31,760 nt of DNA from Candidatus Iainarchaeum sp. Lineage in GTDB: Archaea > Iainarchaeota > Iainarchaeia > Iainarchaeales > 0-14-0-20-34-12. The stretch covers positions 1 through 31,760 of the forward strand of contig JAUSKK010000033.1 of assembly GCA_030649345.1 (NCBI GenBank). Reading direction: 5' to 3'. The notes beneath the pieces are model-generated. The model had not been told where the DNA came from, made no database searches, and saw only the letters and a program-made list of their open reading frames with translations. The position numbers and the translations under genes were made by a program. Positions 15,006 to 21,811 of the stretch are shown here, piece by piece. Within the stretch, counting starts at the first letter, position 1. Each line of letters begins with the position of its first letter.

Positions 15006-15109
15006 CTAATACAATAATAGTAAAAAGTTAAGTTTAAAAACCTGATTAAAGCCTTGCTTAACTGCCATTTAGACAGAATATATAATAAAGTTACAAACCA
15101 AATATAGGT

Positions 15110-15967
15110 ATGCCGCAAACATTAGCTCATTTTGTAAAACACCCTCAGAAACCAGTAAATGAAAGACCTGGAAAAAAAGAACGCAGAAAACGAATCCATG
15201 GACCCGGCCAACGAAGTTTACTTAAACGTGCTTTTTCGGAATCTCAAAGATTTGGAATTTCTCCAACTCTAAATGAAGATGCCGAAGCACTTCATAAAAT
15301 GGATACCCAAGCAAGACATGCTGAAGAAAGACATCAGCGAGACCGAGAAGCCAATAAATTCATAGATGAAATACGAAAAGCAGGAAGAGCTGGGATGCGA
15401 ACCATGCAAATGTTATCTGTACGCAGAATAACTTCTAAAATTCGTGCATATAATTTAGGTGTCACAGATCGCAAGCCTAGATTTTTAGAATTAACTTCCA
15501 ATATTCAAACTGAACTCCAACGACAAATACGCGTACGTCAAGGAGATAGTATTGAAGTCACCATGGGAATTGTTTACGATAAAACTCCATTCCCAGTACA
15601 AGAAATATTCATTCGAGTTGCAGACTCGAGCAGAAAAAATCACAAATTATTTGAACTAAAACCAGAAACACAAGGAGTCTTGTATGCTAAAGTAGCCAGT
15701 GAATTAATGGCTAAAGCAGAAAAAGGAGAACTTCAAATCACGCCAGCAGAACAAGAAAATTTTACAGAGTCTGCCAGAAGATTTAATCAAGCATTAAGTG
15801 AATTTGTAACCCAACATGCACACGTATCTGGAGATACAGTTACAATTCCAAGAACAGCATTAAGACAATTTCCCATTCACGCCAATTATTTAACGCCTGC
15901 ATTAATTGCAGAAGAACTTAAACGAAAAAAAACAGAACTATTTGGAGAAAAAAGATTAGTTATATAA
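15110..15967 (+). CDS. hypothetical highly basic, Arg-rich protein (orphan 2) inserted between rpl11 and rpl1 on the opposite strand
   Basis: The ORF is a clean 285 aa. The N-terminus is MPQTLAHFVKHPQKPVNERPGKKERRKRIHGPGQRS. AATATATAATAAA is centred about 27 nt upstream of the ATG. I recognise no family. Confidence 0.6.
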   Translation: MPQTLAHFVKHPQKPVNERPGKKERRKRIHGPGQRSLLKRAFSESQRFGISPTLNEDAEALHKMDTQARHAEERHQRDREANKFIDEIRKAGRAGMRTMQMLSVRRITSKIRAYNLGVTDRKPRFLELTSNIQTELQRQIRVRQGDSIEVTMGIVYDKTPFPVQEIFIRVADSSRKNHKLFELKPETQGVLYAKVASELMAKAEKGELQITPAEQENFTESARRFNQALSEFVTQHAHVSGDTVTIPRTALRQFPIHANYLTPALIAEELKRKKTELFGEKRLVI

Positions 15968-15994
15968 AATAAGTTAAACTAAAAAAAAGTTAAA

Positions 15995-16090
15995 GAAGAT
16001 TTATTTAAATAAATCTTCATGCGCAGCACATTTTCCCCACCAAGCAAAATCATAGATTTTGCGGGTTTCACAAAATTTGATTTTGTGAAA
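15995..16090. terminator. three consecutive perfect hairpins in the convergent spacer between orphan 2 and rpl11
   Basis: The first is the 24-nt palindrome GAAGATTTATTTAAATAAATCTTC (15995-16018). The second is GCAAAATC-ATA-GATTTTGC (16044-16062). The third is TTTCACAAAAT-TTG-ATTTTGTGAAA (16066-16090). An A8/T8 run at 15983-15990 follows in the rpl11 sense. Confidence 0.55.
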
Positions 16091-16096
16091 GGCTTT

Positions 16097-16573
16097 TTAC
16101 GAAGTAAAAAGGCTGTCATGTAAGCCTTGCTCGATTTCTTTTTCAATTTCTTTAGCTCTTTTGCCTTCCACGTAAACACCCATAGAATCGCAAGTACCCA
16201 AGACTTCTTTGACTGCAGGCTTAATTTTGTACGAATTCATGTCTGGCATTTTTTGTTCAGCAATGGTTTTCACTTGAGCTAAAGTTAAATCTCCCACTTT
16301 GTCTGCTTTTGGATTGGCCGCTCCCTTTTCAGCTTTGGCTTCTTTTTTAATAATTGCACTAGTCGGAGGGCTTCCGATTTTGATTTCAAAGTTTTTGGTA
16401 GCTGAATCAATTACAATATCGACTGGAATTTTCATTCCAACATACGATTTTGTTTTTTCATTAATTTCTGCAACAATTTTTCCAATATTTACACCCGTTG
16501 GACCTAAAGCTGGACCTAAAGGAGCTGCAGCTGTAGCTTTTCCGGCATCAATCATTACACTTACTTTTGGCAT
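16097..16573 (-). CDS. rpl11: 50S ribosomal protein uL11
   Basis: The sequence is GKATAAAPLGPALGPTGVNIGKIVAEINEKTK...IGSPPTS. A GGAGTGA SD sequence lies upstream. Confidence 0.93.
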   Translation of the reverse strand: MPKVSVMIDAGKATAAAPLGPALGPTGVNIGKIVAEINEKTKSYVGMKIPVDIVIDSATKNFEIKIGSPPTSAIIKKEAKAEKGAANPKADKVGDLTLAQVKTIAEQKMPDMNSYKIKPAVKEVLGTCDSMGVYVEGKRAKEIEKEIEQGLHDSLFTS

Positions 16574-16583
16574 AATTTATCAT

Positions 16584-17033
16584 TCACTCCTGTAAAATTC
16601 TAATATTTTCTGCTTTCAAAGTCATTGGCATTTTGACTGCAGCTTCCAATAATTCAACTGTAATTTCTTCTTTGGTTTCATTTACTCGAGTAATCAAAGC
16701 TTTGTCTCCTTTGAATGGACCGGAAACAATTTGGACTTTTAATCCAGCTTTCAAAGTATGCATTAAAGGCTTGGCTTCCAATAAAGAATTCAATTCATCA
16801 ATTTTGATTTCTCCGCCGACAATTCCTTTGCCTTTAACATGCGGAACATCATTAATGGTTCTACGAATTGTAATTTCATTATCGCCTTCAATTAAAATAT
16901 AACCCTTTAATCCAGGAATGACTGTTAAAGAATAAACATTTAATTCTTCACCGTCTAGTTTTTTCTTTAACATGTCTGCAACAAGACTTTCTTGTCCGAC
17001 TGTAGTTCGAATTGAAAAAATCATAAAATTCAC
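16584..17033 (-). CDS. spt5: transcription elongation factor Spt5 (archaeal NusG)
   Basis: It has an NGN domain (IFSIRTTVGQE...GYILIEG) and a KOW motif (GLKVQIVSGPFKGDKALITRV). It sits in the conserved position between secE and rpl11. Confidence 0.88.
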   Translation of the reverse strand: MNFMIFSIRTTVGQESLVADMLKKKLDGEELNVYSLTVIPGLKGYILIEGDNEITIRRTINDVPHVKGKGIVGGEIKIDELNSLLEAKPLMHTLKAGLKVQIVSGPFKGDKALITRVNETKEEITVELLEAAVKMPMTLKAENIRILQE

Positions 17034-17041
17034 CTAAAAAA

Positions 17042-17242
17042 TTACTGGGCTCCACCCAATTTGGTTATAGTAAAAACCAAGAATACAATATATCCAACCA
17101 GCGAAAGAATTATAATTCCAATTCCAACAATTTTAACCATGCCTTTGTATTCATTGCTTTTGGGTTTCTTGGCAATAGCTAACACTCGTTTGGAATCAGA
17201 GAAAAAATTTCTCAAAGACTGAATTGGATTCATATTAATCAA
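17042..17242 (-). CDS. secE: protein translocase subunit SecE / Sec61-gamma
   Basis: It has a single C-terminal TM helix (IVGIGIIILSLVGYIVFLVF) after a basic KKPKSNEYK segment, and sits in the conserved position. The track start at 17242 is a TTG. The ATG at 17231-17233 (MNPIQSL...), with GGTG upstream, is the more likely start. Confidence 0.8.
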   Translation of the reverse strand: MINMNPIQSLRNFFSDSKRVLAIAKKPKSNEYKGMVKIVGIGIIILSLVGYIVFLVFTITKLGGAQ

Positions 17243-17317
17243 TGCACCAAACTTTTTTTAAAAAAAATTTGATTAAAAACCTCTGGATTGAATTGGATTC
17301 ATATTAATCTTTGCACC
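17220..17317 (-). repeat. duplicated secE translation-initiation region (copies 17220-17248 and 17289-17317), with the upstream copy opening a 9-codon uORF
   Basis: TGAATTGGATTCATATTAATC is identical at 17220-17240 and 17289-17309, and TGCACC is also shared, giving 27 of 29 positions. The upstream copy encodes MNPIQSRGF* (complement of 17273-17302), which mimics the SecE N-terminus MNPIQSLRNF. Confidence 0.6.
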
Positions 17318-17330
17318 CATCGTTTAATAA

Positions 17331-18485
17331 CTATTCTGTGAATTCAATCCCTAAATCAATGTCTTTTGGGAACTTTCCACTGGCTTTTCCTGAATCCAAG
17401 TAAGGCAAACGTCCACCGGCTACAACTACCATGGCTTGAATTTGCGATTTTGGAGCTGAATCATCTGTCATAGCACCCCAAATAATATGAGCATTGTCAT
17501 CAATTTTACTGGATACAGTTTCTACAATCATTTCTGCTTCTCTTAAAGTCATGTCGGTTCCGCCAATTACATTAATTAAAGCTCTACGAGCATGACTAAT
17601 ATCAACATCCAATAAAGGAGAAGTTAAAGCATTTTCAACAGCTTCTAAAGCTCTAGCTTCAGATGCTTCTTGAGTTCTAGATTCACCCAAACCAATCATA
17701 GCTACTCCGCCTCTTCTTAAAATTGTGCGCAAGTCAGCAAAATCCAAATTAATTAATCCTGGCTTGGTAACCATTTCAGTAATTCCTTTCACGGCATTGG
17801 TTAAAACTTCATCTGCAACTTTAAACGCAGCATTCACTGGCAAGTCTGGAGCAATTTCTAAAATTTTGTCATTCGGAATTACAATTAAAGTATCCACCAT
17901 TTCTTGCATTCTTTGCAATCCAGCAAAAGCATTTTCCATTCGAGTTCTTCCTTCAACTGTAAAAGGCAAAGTTACAACACCAATAGTTAATGCACCCAAT
18001 TCTTTTCCCATTTCAGCAACTACAGGCGCAGCACCAGTTCCAGTTCCGCCGCCTAAACCGCAAGTAATGAAAATTAAATCAGAATCTTTTAATAATTCAC
18101 CCAATTCATTTAAACTTTCTCGAGCTGAAGCTTCTCCAACTTGAGGATCTGAACCAGCACCTAAGCCTCGAGTTAATTGTTTTCCAATTAAAATTTTTCG
18201 ATCAGCTTGAGTATGAATTAAATCTTGTGCATCTGTATTCAAAGCAAAAGTTTCAGCTCCAATAATTCCAACTTCATGCATTCTTTGAACAGTATTGCTT
18301 CCTCCGCCGCCAACTCCAACAACTCGAATTCTAGGCTGAGATTCAATTAATATTTTTTCCAAAGTTTCATGATCTTGAGCCAATTCTTTGGACATTTCTT
18401 TTTTTGGAGCAGTTGATTCTCCAGCAAACATTTGAGCCCGCTTAACAGCTTTTCGCACCACACTATCCATACCTAAATCCCCCAT
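17331..18485 (-). CDS. ftsZ: cell division GTPase FtsZ
   Basis: The diagnostic motifs are VVGVGGGGSNTV and the tubulin signature GLGGGTGTGAAPVVAEM, together with NTDAQ. Confidence 0.95.
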   Translation of the reverse strand: MGDLGMDSVVRKAVKRAQMFAGESTAPKKEMSKELAQDHETLEKILIESQPRIRVVGVGGGGSNTVQRMHEVGIIGAETFALNTDAQDLIHTQADRKILIGKQLTRGLGAGSDPQVGEASARESLNELGELLKDSDLIFITCGLGGGTGTGAAPVVAEMGKELGALTIGVVTLPFTVEGRTRMENAFAGLQRMQEMVDTLIVIPNDKILEIAPDLPVNAAFKVADEVLTNAVKGITEMVTKPGLINLDFADLRTILRRGGVAMIGLGESRTQEASEARALEAVENALTSPLLDVDISHARRALINVIGGTDMTLREAEMIVETVSSKIDDNAHIIWGAMTDDSAPKSQIQAMVVVAGGRLPYLDSGKASGKFPKDIDLGIEFTE

Positions 18486-18613
18486 AAAACATAACCCTTT
18501 CTAGTAAAAAAGTAATTAAAACTAATATAATACCTCAAACAAGAGTTTAAAAACTTGAGCCCTTTCAGCAAAAAAGCAGACGTATTTAAAAAAAACAATG
18601 CCCTAATTCATCC

Positions 18614-19555
18614 ATGAATTCAAACACAGTCCTTCAAGCCATTCAAGACATTAAAACCCTGAAAACCCAGGGAGCCAGCCAAGTCAAAAAAAGCTTTCTT
18701 AAAAACATTAAAATTTGGATAGAGCAAAATCACAACAAAAACTTAAACCAATTTAACTCAGACTTTCAACACATAGTTTCCTTGTTTGTAAAAGCTCGTT
18801 CCACAGAACCAGCTGTATTCAATATGGCGCGCAAGCTTTTAGAATTAACTGAAAATGAAAAAAGTTTATCTAAACTTAAACAAGAATTAATTCAATTACT
18901 GACTGAATTCGAAAATCGAGACCAACAAAACATACAAAAAATAATTCAATTTGGACAAAAAGTTGTTCCCAACAAATCCATTGCATTTACGCATTGCCAT
19001 TCTCATACAGTGGAAGCTATTTTAATTCAGGCCAAAAACAAAATTGACCAGGTGATTGCAACTGAAACACGACCTTTGTTTCAAGGAAGAATTACTGCAA
19101 AAAATTTAGCTCAAAAAGGAATTCACTGCACTTTGATTGTAGACAATGCAGCCCAAACATTTATGCCTAAAGCAGATTTTTTAATTACTGGAGCAGACTC
19201 TGTTTTAGCAAATGGAAATTTAATCAACAAAATTGGAACCAGCATAATTTCTAAAATTGCTCAAGAAAACAAAGTGCCTCATTATGTGGCTTGCACAACT
19301 GAAAAAATGGATCCATTAAGTTTTTTTGGAAAAGATACCGAAATCGAACAACGAAATACCAACGAAGTATGGAGTGAACAGTATGCCCATATTACAGTTT
19401 TGAATCCAGCCTTTGACATTACTCCAGCCCGGCAAATTCAAGGATACATTACAGAAAAAGGAATCCTAAAACCTAAAAAATTTGCACAAACAATGAAAAA
19501 AGAATTCAAAATATCCAAACAGTCCAAACAAATATTTGAAAAACTATTTAAGTAA
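18614..19555 (+). CDS. eIF-2B alpha/beta/delta family protein (putative ribose-1,5-bisphosphate isomerase)
   Basis: The IF-2B family pattern is present: HCHSHTVEAIL, ATETRPLFQGR..AK.L...GI..TLI.DNAA, GADSVLANGNLINKIGT. Confidence 0.78.
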   Translation: MNSNTVLQAIQDIKTLKTQGASQVKKSFLKNIKIWIEQNHNKNLNQFNSDFQHIVSLFVKARSTEPAVFNMARKLLELTENEKSLSKLKQELIQLLTEFENRDQQNIQKIIQFGQKVVPNKSIAFTHCHSHTVEAILIQAKNKIDQVIATETRPLFQGRITAKNLAQKGIHCTLIVDNAAQTFMPKADFLITGADSVLANGNLINKIGTSIISKIAQENKVPHYVACTTEKMDPLSFFGKDTEIEQRNTNEVWSEQYAHITVLNPAFDITPARQIQGYITEKGILKPKKFAQTMKKEFKISKQSKQIFEKLFK

Positions 19556-21700
19556 ATTTTTCTTTTTCTTTCGCAAAAATAAATAGCCTAGAATAAGTAC
19601 TGAAATTAAACCAAGCAAACCTAAAATTGAAAAAACGGACTCAAAGCTTAAAAATCCAGTTTTTCCAGAAATCAGTTCAGAAGTTTCGGGTAAATTTTTT
19701 GAATTAGAATCTAAAAAAATAAAAGCCCAAGAATCTGAAAACTCAATCCAGCCATTTTGATCTAAATGAAACTCCAGATAGTAGTTCATAAAAGAACCGC
19801 AATCTAAAAATGCATTCGAATCCAAAACAAGTTTTAGTTCAGAACCAAAATTAGCCAGCACATTGGAAAATTTTTCAGTACTTTCTTTGGAAAATAATTC
19901 CAAACTAAGTATTTTGTTTTCCAAGAAAATTGGAACTTCAAATGCAGGCAAAAAAATACATTCAGTTACAGGCATCACAAGCGCATTGGGTATTTCAGAA
20001 AACACATTCAAATCAATAGTTTCCTGCGGATAAAAATAATTACCCAAATTTTCGTCTAAATCTTGATTTGAATAAACTTCTAAAGAATTTTTTGAAGAAC
20101 TAAATCCACTGCCACCACCTCCGCCGCCTGAGCTTATATGAGTAGGAACTGGAGGAATGATCGGCAAAGCAAGTTCTTCGATTTGATCCCAAAAAATCGA
20201 AAAAACAATTTTGGAAACATTTCCAGCAAAATCCATGGCTTGCAGGTTTACACTATTTTCCCCAGATTGGAGATTGAAAATACTAACAGAATTGGAATCA
20301 AAAACACTAAAATTGGAATCATTTAAACTATACTCCATAGCTTGAATTCCTGTTTCTAGATCAAAAACATTTAAATCTAATCCAAATTCATTATTTTGAA
20401 AATGAGTTCCCGGCAAAGGAGACAAAAGAGCCAGATTGGGAAAACCATTGTCTACAACAAACGAAGAACTGGAAACCACTGAACAAGAAAAAGCATCGCA
20501 TATTTCTAAATCTAACACCACATTGGAGTCATTTAAAGGAACTGACTTCCAATCCAAAGTACAAGAATATTTAAACAAATTATTTTGATCCAAAAAAACA
20601 CATTGATTAAAAATATCCAAAGGCTGTTTTAAAATAATTGAATTGAAAAAAATTTCTGAATCACTGGAATGCCAGGCTAGCGAAACCCAAAAATTAGAAT
20701 CTGAATCCAAATCCATGAAATTAAAAGGAATTGAATGCGGTTTTTGGACAGAGCTCCAATACAGACTAGAAAACAAACCAAATTCCGCAACCGGCGGAGT
20801 ATTTACTAAATGCCAGTTGTTTGCAATATTCCCAAACACATTTTTTGCTTGGAAAACATTTTGAATTCTTAATTGCTGCGCAAACGGTGTTTCAGTATTG
20901 CAAACTCCTTGCCTGGTTTCGTGTAAATCGAATTGCAAGAAAAAAGAATTTGCTGAAGTCATCCAAGGTTCGATTGTAAAGTTCAATGTTTCATCTAATT
21001 TTTGTGGTGTTCCAATCCGCTGAGACCAAAAAATTGAGTTGCCCAAAGAAGCACTGGCATTGACCACAATACAATCTGATCTTGTAATTCCTGTTTTTCC
21101 GCTAAAAGTTAAAAAAATTTTGTAAACAGAATTTTGATCCAATGCAGAACTAGTAACTTGAACTCTTCCTTGCCCCATTCCAACAGTCGGCGGATTGTTA
21201 ATGGAAAGCAAGGCATTTTCTGAAAACGAAGCATCTGCATACCCTGGAGTGCTTTCAATAATGCTTGGAGAAAAATTGATTGAAAGATTCGAAAAATTGT
21301 AATCAAACTCGGTATTGGCATCCACAGAATTCAAACACTGGGTTGCCAAAAAATAATTTTTATCCAAAAAGCCTGCCGGCAAATCAGTTAAAAGATTAAA
21401 TACAATACGCGTATTCTCTGTTCGAAATCCTGAAAGTTTTCTGGAAAAAATTTGTGCACCCAGTCCTACAGCTAAACAGGATTCGGAAGGAAACAAGACA
21501 GGATCTAAAGTATTCAAAAAAACAGTTACTGCAGTTCCAGCAGAAAAATTTTGATCTGTCCTTAATTCAATTTCAGTAATTTGATTAAAATCTAAAACAG
21601 AACTGCTTTCAGCTAACGGCAAAAAATTCAGAAGTCCTAAAACCAAAATACAATAAATGTACGAATGACTATGTTTCATGTTCAACCAACTTCTTAGCAA
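19544..21700 (-). CDS. large secreted surface protein with a C-terminal membrane anchor (candidate S-layer/adhesin-like glycoprotein)
   Basis: It has an N-terminal signal-like segment (YIYCILVLGLLNFLPLAES) and ten N-x-S/T sequons by my count. An Ig-like repeat signature (AMDFAGNVS) and a GGGGGGSG linker are also present. The C-terminal TM helix and basic tail read GLLGLISVLILGYLFLRKKKKNLLK. The track start is a TTG, and the ATG at 21677-21679 (MKHSHS...) is more likely. Confidence 0.65.
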   Translation of the reverse strand: MLRSWLNMKHSHSYIYCILVLGLLNFLPLAESSSVLDFNQITEIELRTDQNFSAGTAVTVFLNTLDPVLFPSESCLAVGLGAQIFSRKLSGFRTENTRIVFNLLTDLPAGFLDKNYFLATQCLNSVDANTEFDYNFSNLSINFSPSIIESTPGYADASFSENALLSINNPPTVGMGQGRVQVTSSALDQNSVYKIFLTFSGKTGITRSDCIVVNASASLGNSIFWSQRIGTPQKLDETLNFTIEPWMTSANSFFLQFDLHETRQGVCNTETPFAQQLRIQNVFQAKNVFGNIANNWHLVNTPPVAEFGLFSSLYWSSVQKPHSIPFNFMDLDSDSNFWVSLAWHSSDSEIFFNSIILKQPLDIFNQCVFLDQNNLFKYSCTLDWKSVPLNDSNVVLDLEICDAFSCSVVSSSSFVVDNGFPNLALLSPLPGTHFQNNEFGLDLNVFDLETGIQAMEYSLNDSNFSVFDSNSVSIFNLQSGENSVNLQAMDFAGNVSKIVFSIFWDQIEELALPIIPPVPTHISSGGGGGGSGFSSSKNSLEVYSNQDLDENLGNYFYPQETIDLNVFSEIPNALVMPVTECIFLPAFEVPIFLENKILSLELFSKESTEKFSNVLANFGSELKLVLDSNAFLDCGSFMNYYLEFHLDQNGWIEFSDSWAFIFLDSNSKNLPETSELISGKTGFLSFESVFSILGLLGLISVLILGYLFLRKKKKNLLK

Positions 21701-21811
21701 AAAATATTCGCACCCATCTTTTTTTAAATAAATGCGGTTAAGCGGAAAAAATCCGAAAACCGCTGTATTAAAACGTTTCAGTTTAATGAATGTATAGAAA
21801 AAGGTGGATTT

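Noticed and set aside
14958-15017. A 19-codon plus-strand ORF (MKAVNGLRVKHSTKAGLIQ*) inside the structured spacer upstream of rpl1.
   Set aside because: It has no SD or TATA at a suitable distance. It coincides exactly with the paired helices, so RNA structure explains the sequence more economically than coding does.
15979-16179. A 66-aa minus-strand ORF spanning the triple-hairpin spacer and the 3' end of rpl11.
   Set aside because: It overlaps the rpl11 coding end out of frame. Its body is made of the three palindromes, so the terminator hairpins explain it better.
5131-17309. The two direct-repeat pairs (5131/5200 and 17220/17289) have exactly the same 69-bp period.
   Set aside because: The repeat sequences are unrelated, and two instances cannot establish a rule. 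I treat it as coincidence unless a genome-wide survey shows a 69-bp periodicity.
21680-21700. The TTG start at 21700 given by the track for the surface protein (MLRSWLN...).
   Set aside because: The in-frame ATG at 21677-21679 begins a canonical signal-peptide-like N-terminus (MKHSHSYIYCILVLGLL...). The extra seven residues are probably not translated. I kept the track coordinates in the feature and noted the likely start there.
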